Shown here piece after piece: positions 10,333 to 19,979 of a stretch of 64,000 nt of DNA (positions within the stretch are counted from its first letter, which is position 1; each line of letters begins with the position of its first letter). The position numbers and the translations under genes were made by a program. Under the pieces are notes generated by a model. The model saw nothing but the letters and a program-made list of their open reading frames with translations, was not told where the DNA came from and searched no databases. Location of the stretch: positions 7,795 through 71,794 of IMG/VR virus record IMGVR_UViG_3300009712_000884; one strand, written 5' to 3'. This DNA is from a virus. Taxonomy: Duplodnaviria > Caudoviricetes.

Positions 10333-12666
10333 ATGAATTGTGATAACTGTACATTAAAAGGAAATTGTCAAGTTTTTGGAGAAGGTCCTCAGGATGCAAA
10401 GCTTATAATTGTAGGAGAAGCACCTGGTGTAACAGAAGTTAAAGAAGGTAAGCCATTTGTTGGTGCAGCCGGGCAAGTATTAAACAGTGTATTAGAAAGG
10501 GTAGGCATTAAGAGAGAAGAATGTTACATTACAAACGCAGTAATTTGCCATCCGTTTTCAAATCAAACACCGACATTAAAAGAAATAAAGTGTTGCCGAG
10601 AGAGATTAAAGAAAAGTATTTTACAAAGGAATCCCAAGTTAATAATTGCAATGGGTAATGCTGCATATTGTTCATTATTAAACAAGAGCCATGTAAGTGG
10701 TGTAATGGAAAAGCGAGGTTTATTTTTCCAGAGTGATGAATTTGGTTGTAAGATACTAGTAACAATTCATCCAGCAGCAATATTAAGAGACAGAACTTTA
10801 TACAGTATATTTATTGAAGATATGTTAAGAGGAGCTCGTTATTTTAAAGCTGACATTACTGCATTACAGTCAAAGAGAGAGTATGTAGCACTAGAGACAG
10901 TTGTAGAAGTACAGACTTTGTTAAAAGAATTAAAAGAAAGACAGGTTTTTGCATTTGATATTGAAACAACAGGGTTAAATCCATGGGAAGATCAAGTATT
11001 AAGTTATGCATTTTGTTTCCAAGAGAAAAAAGCTTATTGTATTTTTACTGACGTAAGAGACAACACATGGGAAAAAGATGAATGGCAAGTTCTCGAAAGC
11101 GAGATAAAGCAAGTACTTGAGTCATCAAAGCTTATAATTCAGAATGCATTATTTGAATTACCATTTCTAAAAGTAAGTAAGGGTTGGAATCTTCGTTGTT
11201 ATTTTGACACTATGTTAGCTCACCATTTACTTGACGAGAACGCAAAAGGACAACATGGTTTAAAAAAGCTTGCAACCAGATTTCCTGATTTAATAGATTA
11301 TGCACATGAAGTTGATATTACACAATTAAGGTATCTTGATAATGTAAGATTTGTAAATTACACATGTAGTGATGTTGATGCAACCTGGAGGTTATATAAC
11401 ATGTTTAGTAAGCAACTCGAGGAAGAAGGATTGACATGGTTATTTAACAATATTACAATGCCTCTTACATATGTACTTACTAATATGCATGTGTATGGTA
11501 TAAAAGTTGATGTTGATTTACTATTGCAATTAAAGACAGCTTATGAAAGTGAACTCAATGAACTTATTAATTGGGTCAAGGATACATATGGTGATTACAA
11601 TTTAGCATCACCCATGCAACTCAGTGAATTACTTTATGTAAAGCTAGGGTTACCAATGATAGATAAAACAACAGCAGGTAAACCTTCTACAAACGATAAA
11701 ACATTAAAGAAACTGTTAGAGCAAGTAACAAGTGAACAAGAGAAAGAATTATTACAAAAGGTATTAAGATTTAGAAAGGTATTAAAGTTATACAAAACAT
11801 ATGTAGTTGGTATTGCAAAGAGAGTCAACAGAAAAACTGGGAGATTGCACACTGAGTTTTTAATTCATGGTACAAAGACCGGGCGTTTATCATCAATAAA
11901 TCCGAATTTACAGAATACCGCCGGTGAAAAAGAGATAAAGAATTTATTTATTGCAGAAAAAGGTTGGAAATTAATTGAAGCAGATTACAAACAGCTGGAA
12001 TTTAGGATATTCATGAATTATGTAAAAGACGAAAAAGCATTTGAAGATTTAAGAAGAGGATTTGATGTACACCGTGTGGTTGCAGCACGTGTATTAAATA
12101 AATCTTATGAACAAGTAACTGACGAAGAAAGAACAACTGCAAAAGGTGTTGTATTTGGTTTATTATATGGTATGTCGACTGAAACTTTGGCAGAGGTATA
12201 TAATTTACCTTTTAACAAAGCTGAAGAATTTGTACGAAGTTTTTGGCGAATGTATCCGAAAGCAAAAAAGTGGTGGATTGATTTACGAGAAAGTTTAAGA
12301 AAGAAAGGATTTGTAGTTAACTTGTATGGAAGAAAAAGAAGGTTACCTGAGATATTTAGTAACAATACTACAGTAGTTGCTACTGCATTAAGACGAGGTA
12401 TTAATGCACCTGTACAAGGTGGTGCAGTTGACGTTGCAAACTATGCACTTATACAAATTTACCAGTATTTGATAAAGAATAAGTATCAAGCACATCCTTT
12501 GTTACAGATACATGATAGTATAATACTTGAAGCGCCGGATGAAGAAGTAGAAGAAGTAGTTAAGATAGTAAGACAATTAATGACTCAGAATATTCCAGGT
12601 ATTAAAGTGCCTCTGGAAGTTGATATAAATGTAGTTGAAAGATGGGGTGAAGAAAACACAGTATAA
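10333..12666 (+). CDS. polA: Family-4 uracil-DNA glycosylase-like domain fused to family A DNA polymerase with 3'-5' exonuclease
   Basis: CDNC..GEAPG..PFVGAAG..HPAA (UDG-4); FDIETTG and DTMLAHH (exonuclease); TGRLSS..PNLQN, ADYKQLEFRI, AKGVVFGLLYG, QIHDS (PolA motifs). Confidence 0.95.
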   Translation: MNCDNCTLKGNCQVFGEGPQDAKLIIVGEAPGVTEVKEGKPFVGAAGQVLNSVLERVGIKREECYITNAVICHPFSNQTPTLKEIKCCRERLKKSILQRNPKLIIAMGNAAYCSLLNKSHVSGVMEKRGLFFQSDEFGCKILVTIHPAAILRDRTLYSIFIEDMLRGARYFKADITALQSKREYVALETVVEVQTLLKELKERQVFAFDIETTGLNPWEDQVLSYAFCFQEKKAYCIFTDVRDNTWEKDEWQVLESEIKQVLESSKLIIQNALFELPFLKVSKGWNLRCYFDTMLAHHLLDENAKGQHGLKKLATRFPDLIDYAHEVDITQLRYLDNVRFVNYTCSDVDATWRLYNMFSKQLEEEGLTWLFNNITMPLTYVLTNMHVYGIKVDVDLLLQLKTAYESELNELINWVKDTYGDYNLASPMQLSELLYVKLGLPMIDKTTAGKPSTNDKTLKKLLEQVTSEQEKELLQKVLRFRKVLKLYKTYVVGIAKRVNRKTGRLHTEFLIHGTKTGRLSSINPNLQNTAGEKEIKNLFIAEKGWKLIEADYKQLEFRIFMNYVKDEKAFEDLRRGFDVHRVVAARVLNKSYEQVTDEERTTAKGVVFGLLYGMSTETLAEVYNLPFNKAEEFVRSFWRMYPKAKKWWIDLRESLRKKGFVVNLYGRKRRLPEIFSNNTTVVATALRRGINAPVQGGAVDVANYALIQIYQYLIKNKYQAHPLLQIHDSIILEAPDEEVEEVVKIVRQLMTQNIPGIKVPLEVDINVVERWGEENTV

Positions 12667-12721
12667 TATATAAAAAGAGTAGGTAAAATTTCACAATTAA
12701 GAATGAAGGGAGGGAAAAAGT

Positions 12722-13015
12722 ATGCCTTATATAACTCAAGAACAGAGAAAAGAGCTTGATCCTTTTATCAACTGTTTAGCAAGTAAAGTAAGTAGTTCGG
12801 GAGGTTTGAACTATGCTATTACAAGACTTTGTGTACTTGTTGCAAAAGAAGGGTTAAAAGTTGAGCGTTCAAAATATCTTGTTTTTAACACAATTGTAGG
12901 TGTGTTATCATGTGTAATGTTAGAGTTTTATAGAAGAGTAGTAGCTTCGTATGAGGACAAGAAAAAGAAACAGAATGGAGATGTATTTGAAGAAGTTTTA
13001 GAAGAACTAGAATGA
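12722..13015 (+). CDS. Conserved phage hypothetical protein (DUF6899-like)
   Basis: MPYI..., GGLNYAITRL, LEFYRRVVASYED...NGDV pattern recalled from phage proteins. Confidence 0.5.
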   Translation: MPYITQEQRKELDPFINCLASKVSSSGGLNYAITRLCVLVAKEGLKVERSKYLVFNTIVGVLSCVMLEFYRRVVASYEDKKKKQNGDVFEEVLEELE

Positions 13016-13037
13016 AGTACAGAAAAAGGGGGAAAAA

Positions 13038-13238
13038 ATGATAAAAAAGTTATTTTCTAGATGGTTATACGAAAAAGTTTGTAAATGGCATTTAAAGAGA
13101 TACATAAGAAAACAAAGACAAGCATTAAAAAGAGAGTTGGTTGGTCAGTTGAATGAAGCGTTAAGAGAATTTGATGTTAAAACAAAAGAAGTGTTTTCTG
13201 AGATGTTTACTTGTGATAATAAAAAGGAGATAGAATGA
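13038..13238 (+). CDS. Hypothetical protein
   Basis: RBS upstream; ATGA overlap with queD. Confidence 0.5.
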   Translation: MIKKLFSRWLYEKVCKWHLKRYIRKQRQALKRELVGQLNEALREFDVKTKEVFSEMFTCDNKKEIE

Positions 13239-13579
13239 AGATAAGAACTGAAAGAACTATTGCAGTTGCACATTATTTACCTGACTACAATGGTCCATGT
13301 CAAAATTTACACGGGCATAACATTAGAGTAGTAGTTGAAGTTGAAGGAGAACTTGATAATGAAACACATATGATAGTTGATTTTGCAGCAATAAAATCTA
13401 TTATAAATCAGTATGATCATAGGTGTTTAAATGATTTCGGGTTATATCCTACCGCCGAAGAACTTGCAATTAAAATAGCGAGAGAAGTTAAAGAACTAGG
13501 AAGTAAGATTGAGTATGTAAAAGTACGTGTATATGAAAGCAAGGATTCTTATGCTGAATATGTATGTGCTAATAGTTAA
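13235..13579 (+). CDS. queD: 6-carboxy-5,6,7,8-tetrahydropterin synthase
   Basis: AHYLP...CQNLHGHN, VDF, DHRCLN, PTAE, VYES. Confidence 0.9.
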   Translation: MKIRTERTIAVAHYLPDYNGPCQNLHGHNIRVVVEVEGELDNETHMIVDFAAIKSIINQYDHRCLNDFGLYPTAEELAIKIAREVKELGSKIEYVKVRVYESKDSYAEYVCANS

Positions 13580-13588
13580 GGAGGGAAT

Positions 13589-14065
13589 ATGTATATAAGC
13601 CAAAGAAAGTTTTTCAAGGATTTACGGAGTTTTGCAAAGTATTTCAAAGATATAATTAAGGATAGTGATTGTATTTGTTGTATAAGTAGGGGTGGTTTAA
13701 TAATGGGTGTATATTTATCACACAAGTTTAATAAACCTCTTATAATTGCTGCAAAAGAAAAGAACAGGTGGCAGTTTCTTGGTGATATAAACAACTATAG
13801 AAAGTTTTTAATTGTTGATGAAATATGTGACAGTGGTGTAACGATTGAGGAAGTTTGTTGTAGTTTAAGTACAAGAGTATCAAAACCAGCTTTAATGATA
13901 CCTTGTGTTTTATATGCAAAGTTAACAGATGCATTAGTTTTTGATGAAGGACGTTTTTGGTCAAGTATATTTAATATGAAAGCTTTTCGTTTAGTTTCTA
14001 ATAGATGGATAACATTTTGGTATGAAGGAAAACAGAAAAGAGAAAAAGGAGGGAAAAACGGCTGA
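13589..14065 (+). CDS. Type I phosphoribosyltransferase (purine PRTase-like)
   Basis: ISRGGL and the PRPP-binding loop LIVDEICDSGVT; WITFWYE near the C-terminus. Confidence 0.8.
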   Translation: MYISQRKFFKDLRSFAKYFKDIIKDSDCICCISRGGLIMGVYLSHKFNKPLIIAAKEKNRWQFLGDINNYRKFLIVDEICDSGVTIEEVCCSLSTRVSKPALMIPCVLYAKLTDALVFDEGRFWSSIFNMKAFRLVSNRWITFWYEGKQKREKGGKNG

Positions 14066-14147
14066 CGTATTTGAGGTTTTGAACGTAAAGATTAAGTAGT
14101 GTGTGAGGTTTATGAACAATAGTTTTCAGTGATAAAAGAGAGGAAAG

Positions 14148-14513
14148 ATGCTGCTTAAAATTATAGAAAGGAATGGCTTATATTATTGTGAAATACAAAT
14201 TGCTGAAATACTTGATAGAAAGAAATTAAACAGGTTAATTAAGAGATATAAGTTTAAGGAAACAAGTGATCCTACTGTTTATTTTAGCGAAGGTGATGTA
14301 GAAATAAAGAGAATAAAAAGAAGGAGAAAGAAAAAAGTAAAGGTGACAAATAAAAACAAGACAATAAGTAAGTGTGAGCACTGTGGATCTTTTAGTATTA
14401 AAAGAAAAGAGATAAAAGTAAGAAGTTGGATTTCTCTTTGGAAATGCAAAGAGTGTGGATGGGAAACATTATATGTAATACCAGAAAGAGAAAGAGTAGA
14501 AGAAATAAAATGA
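14148..14513 (+). CDS. Hypothetical protein with C-terminal Zn ribbon
   Basis: CEHCG...WKCKECG. Confidence 0.55.
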   Translation: MLLKIIERNGLYYCEIQIAEILDRKKLNRLIKRYKFKETSDPTVYFSEGDVEIKRIKRRRKKKVKVTNKNKTISKCEHCGSFSIKRKEIKVRSWISLWKCKECGWETLYVIPERERVEEIK

Positions 14514-15232
14514 AAATAAGAGCGTATTGGCATCCAGGTGAGAATTTTGGTGATAGATTAACACCGATTATAGTAAGTTATATTACAAATAGAGAGGTTG
14601 TAAGAAGATTAGATTCTCCAAGATTGTTTTGTGTTGGAAGTATTATAAGTAATGCAAAACCAGGAGATGTTGTTTGGGGAGCGGGAGTAATTGTTCCTGA
14701 ACAGTTGGAGAATATTGATAAGGGAGTAAGATTTGCAATGGTCCGTGGTCCTAAAACAAGAGAAATTTTAGTCAAGAAAGGTTTTGATGTACCGGAGTTT
14801 ACAGCAGATCCCGCAATGTTGTTATGTGAAATATATAAAAATTTCAGTGTGGAAAAAAGATATAAGGAAGGTCTGATTCCACATGTTCTTGCATATGAAA
14901 GTGTAAGGAGAGATAATCTTAATGCATTTGTCATAAATCTTTCCAAGCCTATAGAGGAAGTTATCAGGGATATTTTGTCTTGTGAAAGGATATACTCAGA
15001 ATCTTTACATGGTCTTGTCTGTGCGGAGGTGTTCGGAATACCTGTTGTTTTGAAAACATTTTGGAATCATAAATTTGATTTCGAGTGGAAGTTTGAGGAT
15101 TACTATTTGTCAACGGATAGAAAAATAGTTCGTTCTTTTGAGGAATGGGAAAAACCAAGAGTGGATATGGAAAAAATAAAGAGTAGTTTTCCGTGGGAAG
15201 TCTTACCCGTCGAGGACGAATGGATATGGTAA
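14510..15232 (+). CDS. Polysaccharide pyruvyltransferase family protein
   Basis: NFGDRLTP, VGSI, VRGPKT, ADPA, SESLHGLVCAEVFGIP; start moved to ATG 14510. Confidence 0.8.
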   Translation: MKIRAYWHPGENFGDRLTPIIVSYITNREVVRRLDSPRLFCVGSIISNAKPGDVVWGAGVIVPEQLENIDKGVRFAMVRGPKTREILVKKGFDVPEFTADPAMLLCEIYKNFSVEKRYKEGLIPHVLAYESVRRDNLNAFVINLSKPIEEVIRDILSCERIYSESLHGLVCAEVFGIPVVLKTFWNHKFDFEWKFEDYYLSTDRKIVRSFEEWEKPRVDMEKIKSSFPWEVLPVEDEWIW

Positions 15233-15277
15233 ACTAAAGAAAAAACGAGAACAGAGAGTTCTTAATAGGAGGTAAAA

Positions 15278-16111
15278 ATGAAAACTGGTTTTATTGTACC
15301 AGTAAAATATCTAGAAAAGTTTGCAGTGCAAAGTGATTTTCATTTGATTTTACCACATATTGTTGAGCAGAGTGAAAAATATAAAAAATTTTATATGGAA
15401 AGAATTAAAGAAGGTGATTTTGTAATGCTAGATAATAGTATTTTTGAGCTTGAGGTAGCTTATCCGAAGGAGAAGTTACTTGATACAGCTCTTGAAATAG
15501 GGGTACAAGAGATGGTTGTTCCCGAGGTTTTAAGGTCAAGTCATGGAAGTTTAGAAAAAGTTGAGGATTTTTTTGATTATATAGCGAACAGTCATTTACC
15601 AAAACATTTAAGATTTGCTATTACTGTACAAGGTAAATCATTTAGAGAGATGATAGCATATGTTTCTGCACTTTTGACATCTTTTGAATTTCATACATTA
15701 TGTGTACCTTTTGATATAGATTGTGAGATTCCAGGCGCACCTTGTTTTCAATCATCAACATTACAGAGAGTAGTAAATCGTATATATTTTTGTGAGCATT
15801 TGAGAGAAAAGTTTCCTTCATTATGTTCAACAAAACAAGTACATTTACTGGGTTTAGCTGACGGTGTAGAGTTGCAACATTACACATTAAATTGTGCCGG
15901 ATTTTCTTTTATTAGAAGTAATGATTCATCTTCTGCTTTTGTACATGGTTTACATGGGATTAAGTATACAGAAAGAGGATTACCTTGTGAAAAGATTGTA
16001 GAAAAGCTTGACTTTTTTATGGATACAGATTTAACTTGCGACAGAGTTGAGTGTATTCAGTATAATATTATAATGCTGAAGAAATTTACTACTGGAGTAA
16101 ACAATGGATAG
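15278..16111 (+). CDS. TGT-fold base-exchange enzyme, DpdA-like (7-deazaguanine DNA transglycosylase candidate)
   Basis: MLDNSIFEL, VVPEV, TVQG, HLLGL and RSNDSSSA align with TGT/DpdA motifs (DSG, PD, VQG, HxLG, DSS); lies among que genes. Confidence 0.6.
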   Translation: MKTGFIVPVKYLEKFAVQSDFHLILPHIVEQSEKYKKFYMERIKEGDFVMLDNSIFELEVAYPKEKLLDTALEIGVQEMVVPEVLRSSHGSLEKVEDFFDYIANSHLPKHLRFAITVQGKSFREMIAYVSALLTSFEFHTLCVPFDIDCEIPGAPCFQSSTLQRVVNRIYFCEHLREKFPSLCSTKQVHLLGLADGVELQHYTLNCAGFSFIRSNDSSSAFVHGLHGIKYTERGLPCEKIVEKLDFFMDTDLTCDRVECIQYNIIMLKKFTTGVNNG

Positions 16112-16409
16112 AACGAATGACGACGAAAGGAAATTTTTATTAGAGCTAGGTAAACAGATTGGTAAGTTTATTTGTAAGTATTTTGATAAACATGGTGCTG
16201 AAAGAGCATATTATGAGTTTGTTGTTGTTTGTCATGTGTTGGATAATGATTTTCAAAAGGTTAGAGAGGTTGTGTTATTTAACGATAGTGAATCAGGTTA
16301 TTGTATTTTTTGTAGGGGATTAACATATTATTATGACACACAGTTTTCGGGTTATTTGTGTGCTGAATGTTATAAAAAGTTAAAAGGAGGTAAAAATGAG
16401 AAGGAGTAA
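16104..16409 (+). CDS. Hypothetical protein with Zn finger
   Basis: CIFC...CAEC; overlaps both neighbours. Confidence 0.55.
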   Translation: MDRTNDDERKFLLELGKQIGKFICKYFDKHGAERAYYEFVVVCHVLDNDFQKVREVVLFNDSESGYCIFCRGLTYYYDTQFSGYLCAECYKKLKGGKNEKE

Positions 16410-16863
16410 AAGATATGATTTAAGATTGTTAGGTCAAGGTAAGAAGACACAGTACAGGTTTACTGAACCTATGTATGAAATTATTGAAACTTTTGAAAAT
16501 CCTGCTCCGGAAAGGAATTATACAATTAAAGCAGTTACAGATGAAGTAACAGCTCTATGCCCTGTTACTTCTCAACCTGATTATTACACTGTTGTTATTA
16601 AATATGTTCCCGACGAGAGATGTGTTGAATCAAAGTCACTTAAACTGTATTTATTTGCTTACAGACAGTATGGAACTTTTATTGAGACAATGGCAAACAA
16701 GATTCTTAGTGATCTGGTAAAGGCTTGTGAACCACGGTGGATGCGTGTATCATTAACAATGAAACCTCGTGGTGGTATTTTACTAACTACTACGGTTGTA
16801 CATGCAAAGAAGGGTTATGAAACAGTTGGTAAACAAATTTATCAATACAAAGTTAAAGTATGA
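16396..16863 (+). CDS. queF: NADPH-dependent preQ0 reductase (type I)
   Basis: Catalytic LCPVTSQPD plus the QueF signature VESKSLKLYL; PRGG. Confidence 0.9.
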   Translation: MRRSKRYDLRLLGQGKKTQYRFTEPMYEIIETFENPAPERNYTIKAVTDEVTALCPVTSQPDYYTVVIKYVPDERCVESKSLKLYLFAYRQYGTFIETMANKILSDLVKACEPRWMRVSLTMKPRGGILLTTTVVHAKKGYETVGKQIYQYKVKV

Positions 16864-16872
16864 GGAGATAAG

Positions 16873-17103
16873 ATGATTTGTTCTAGATGTCAGATTTGTA
16901 AAAGAAGAAACTTTGACTTGTTTCTTGTTGACGGGGAGTGTGTTTGTTCATATTGTATGAAAATCGAAAGTTTAGTTAAAAATAGAGAAAAATTCATAAT
17001 CAGTCTGTTTTTATTCTTTTTGGAAAAAAGAAAGGTAGTTTTAATGAATGTTGTTTGTGCTTGTAAGTCTTTTTTATTCGGAAGAAAACATAGAAGGAGG
17101 TAG
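16873..17103 (+). CDS. Small Cys-rich hypothetical protein
   Basis: GAGGAG RBS; CxxCxxC...CxCxxC. Confidence 0.45.
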   Translation: MICSRCQICKRRNFDLFLVDGECVCSYCMKIESLVKNREKFIISLFLFFLEKRKVVLMNVVCACKSFLFGRKHRRR

Positions 17104-17104
17104 A

Positions 17105-17554
17105 ATGAGAATTTATTTAGCTCATCCTATTTCGGGTACAAGTTTTTCTACTACAGCACGGTATTTTTTGAAAACAGCGAAGGTTTTACGAAAGATGGGG
17201 TATAAAGTTTTACATCCTTTAACGGGAAAAAAAGAATTGAGGTGTGAATTAGAGTTGAAAGCCGAGGGTTATCAACATCCTGTAGCTACAAATCATGCAA
17301 TTGTTAGAAGAGACAAGTGGTCGGTTGAGCATTCTGATGTCTTTTTCTTGAATTTGGAAAATGCTACTGATATTTCTGTAGGTTGTGTAGCAGAACTGGC
17401 GTGGGCATATGCTAAGAATATTCATTCTGTAGTGGTGTTACCAAAACAAAGTAAAATGCGTCATGCTTTTGTGTTAGAGATGTCAGATGTTATATTTGAG
17501 ACAACTTCTGAAGCACTGAAATATTTGAGACGGTTGATAAAACAGCGGTTATAA
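17105..17554 (+). CDS. Nucleoside 2-deoxyribosyltransferase / nucleotide N-hydrolase (NDT/Rcl-like)
   Basis: IYLAHPI, IVRRDKWSVEHSD, SVGCVAELAWAYA; start at ATG 17105. Confidence 0.7.
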   Translation: MRIYLAHPISGTSFSTTARYFLKTAKVLRKMGYKVLHPLTGKKELRCELELKAEGYQHPVATNHAIVRRDKWSVEHSDVFFLNLENATDISVGCVAELAWAYAKNIHSVVVLPKQSKMRHAFVLEMSDVIFETTSEALKYLRRLIKQRL

Positions 17555-17577
17555 TGATTAATTACAAGGAGAGCAAA

Positions 17578-18204
17578 ATGAACATAGAAAGACACAAAAG
17601 AGCACAGTTGATAGAAAGTATAGAAGGATTGTTTGAAATGGTTGCTAAAAACAATATAGATAAGATTAAGGAACTGCTTGATAAAGGTGTTGATGTAAAT
17701 GTACAGGATCCATACGGTTATACACTACTTCATACAGCTATGTATTGGTGTCTTACGGACATGATCAAACTTTTACTCGATTATGGGATAAAGGTGGATA
17801 GAAGAGACGAGTATGGTCGTACGCTACTTTATTTTGTTGTACACAATGAATACACGAGCATAGCTAAACTTTTACTTGACTACGGAGCTGATGTAAATAT
17901 AAGGGACGCTTTTGGCTGGACACCACTTCATGAAGCTGCATATTATGTCAGTCCAAATACAGCCAAACTTCTACTTGAGTATGGGGCTAATCCTAACACA
18001 AAGAATGATGAAGGTAAGACACCGATAGACCTAGCAAAAGAAAACGGTTGTGACAATATAGTTCAGTTATTAGAAGAATACAATAAACCTTGGAACCAGA
18101 TAGAAAGAGAATTCGGTAAAATAGAGTTGTCAGAGTATGAAAGACAAAGCTTAAAGTTAAGTCGAATTTCACAGAAAAAGTTAAAAAAGAGGAGGATGCT
18201 ATGA
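17578..18204 (+). CDS. Ankyrin-repeat protein with KRAQ leader
   Basis: Repeats GYTLLH, GRTLLY, GWTPLHEAA, GKTPIDLA with LLLDYGADVN; start at ATG 17578 (AAGGAG RBS). Confidence 0.93.
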   Translation: MNIERHKRAQLIESIEGLFEMVAKNNIDKIKELLDKGVDVNVQDPYGYTLLHTAMYWCLTDMIKLLLDYGIKVDRRDEYGRTLLYFVVHNEYTSIAKLLLDYGADVNIRDAFGWTPLHEAAYYVSPNTAKLLLEYGANPNTKNDEGKTPIDLAKENGCDNIVQLLEEYNKPWNQIEREFGKIELSEYERQSLKLSRISQKKLKKRRML

Positions 18205-18653
18205 GACCAGAACTGGATATGAAGTTGGTTAGAAGTTTTCCTAAGATATTTAGGGATAGACACGAATCACCCACGAAGACAGCTATGTGCTGGGGTTTTA
18301 TGTGTGGCGATGGATGGTATGCTTTGATTTACACTCTTTGTAGTCTTATACAGGAATATATTGATAAGAATAATTTATCACAAGTTGTAGCTGTTGAAGT
18401 TAAGGAAAAATATGGTGGTTTAAGATTTTATACAGACTATGAAGATGATGTAATTGGAAGTTATATATGGTTTGCAGAAGAAATGTCGTGTAGAATTTGT
18501 GAGGTGTGCGGAACAACAGTAAATGTTAAACAACGTTTACTGGGTAGGTGGATTTATACACGTTGTAATAAATGCTGGCAAAAAGAAACTCGGCGAAAAA
18601 AGTCAAAAAACAGTTGTTTAAATTCTAAGAGTAAGAAGCGAAGTAAAAAGTAA
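18201..18653 (+). CDS. Conserved phage hypothetical protein
   Basis: CGDGWYALI, VKEKYGGLRFY and CEVCG pattern familiar from large phages. Confidence 0.55.
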   Translation: MRPELDMKLVRSFPKIFRDRHESPTKTAMCWGFMCGDGWYALIYTLCSLIQEYIDKNNLSQVVAVEVKEKYGGLRFYTDYEDDVIGSYIWFAEEMSCRICEVCGTTVNVKQRLLGRWIYTRCNKCWQKETRRKKSKNSCLNSKSKKRSKK

Positions 18654-18666
18654 AAAAGGAAGAGTT

Positions 18667-19152
18667 ATGAAACGGTTTGTAAATGCAAGAATAAAGCGAG
18701 TTATTGCAACTAATAATGAAATGTTTTTTAAGCAAATAAAAGAGATTGCAGACGAAGCTTATAAGGAAGGTAAATTAACATCTGTTTTAACAAGTGAAAG
18801 TATAATAAGAAAGGAATATGAAAAAAAGAGATTGTTTGTAGGAGTCTTTGATGATCATGTCATTGGTTTTGTTCATTTTCGTGTTAGACGAGACGGTGTG
18901 TTAAGAATTTATGAGATTGCAATTAAAAAATGTTTTAGATATTCGGGTAAAGGTTTCGGAAGTCTTCTTATTACTGAATTACTAGCGAAAGCCGATGTTT
19001 CACGAGCCATGCTTTTATGTAGTCTAAGAAACCATGAAGGTATTTGTTTTTGGTTGTCATTAGGTTTTATTCCATGTAGAATAATTCAAAGGTGGAATAA
19101 ACGAAAACAGCGTTACAGTTATTTTGTTCTTTTTGAAAAAAGAAAGGAATAA
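18667..19152 (+). CDS. GNAT-family N-acetyltransferase
   Basis: IGFVHFRVRRDG..IYEIAI..SGKGFGSLL..FWLSLGF. Confidence 0.75.
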   Translation: MKRFVNARIKRVIATNNEMFFKQIKEIADEAYKEGKLTSVLTSESIIRKEYEKKRLFVGVFDDHVIGFVHFRVRRDGVLRIYEIAIKKCFRYSGKGFGSLLITELLAKADVSRAMLLCSLRNHEGICFWLSLGFIPCRIIQRWNKRKQRYSYFVLFEKRKE

Positions 19153-19157
19153 GAAGT

Positions 19158-19979
19158 ATGAGACTGGATACTCATTGTCATCTTGGACATAGTTATGAAG
19201 GTAAAGTAAAGAGATCACAACCATGTAGTACTCCTGAGGATGTAATGGCGTTTTTTGAAAAAGAACAGATTACACATGCATGTGTAATCTATTTACCAAA
19301 CGAAGTTTATTTACTTGAATCTTTGTTGAAGTTAGCCGAAGAAAAAAAAGTTAAAATATATCCTTTTCAATGGATAGATACTTATAAGGAGAAGATATAC
19401 GAGTGGGATGCGGGTGTAAAATTACATCCTGTACGTGGAAGTAAGATAAGTCCATTGTCAAGTGTTGCGGGGAGATTTTTTAGAAAACTACCATCTGGTT
19501 TCAAAGTTTTAATACACACACAAGGTAGTTCTTCTTTGAAGAATATTAGTCGACCTCAAATGGTATTATCATTGTCTTTAAGACATCCAGATAAGATTTT
19601 TATTGTTGGTCATTCAGGAGCATATGGTTTTCGGTCATTTAGACCTTCTCAAACATCTAATGTTGAACTGTGGGAAAGATATTATCATTCAAAATTGTTA
19701 ATAAATGAAGCCGAGTTTGTTGCGTTGGTGAGAGATAATGTATGGTTGGAGAGTTCATATGTAAAGAAATATTTAATGTTCAAGATAAAGTCATTGTGTT
19801 ATAGTTATCGGATACATGGAAGAGTATTACTGGGAAGTGATTTTCCTTATTTAAAAGAAATAAGTAGTATTGTTGATCAAGAAAGGTGTTTGATGGAGGA
19901 TGGTGGATTAACGGAGGAAGAAATTAAGCAGATGCACTTAAATGGTATAAAGTTAATAGAAGGTGGAGGTGTGTTGTGA
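19158..19979 (+). CDS. Metal-dependent amidohydrolase (amidohydrolase_2/TatD-like)
   Basis: DTHCHLG, VKLHP, VLIHT, VGHSG, LLGSDFPY. Confidence 0.8.
   Translation: MRLDTHCHLGHSYEGKVKRSQPCSTPEDVMAFFEKEQITHACVIYLPNEVYLLESLLKLAEEKKVKIYPFQWIDTYKEKIYEWDAGVKLHPVRGSKISPLSSVAGRFFRKLPSGFKVLIHTQGSSSLKNISRPQMVLSLSLRHPDKIFIVGHSGAYGFRSFRPSQTSNVELWERYYHSKLLINEAEFVALVRDNVWLESSYVKKYLMFKIKSLCYSYRIHGRVLLGSDFPYLKEISSIVDQERCLMEDGGLTEEEIKQMHLNGIKLIEGGGVL

Noticed and set aside
14048-14100. RBS followed by ACG-GCT-GAC, possibly a decayed small gene
   Set aside because: Only 13 codons before a stop; cannot be supported as a gene
16396-16863. QueF-like amidinotransferase (archaeosine route)
   Set aside because: The NADPH-binding QueF signature ESKSLKLY is intact, which QueF-L lacks
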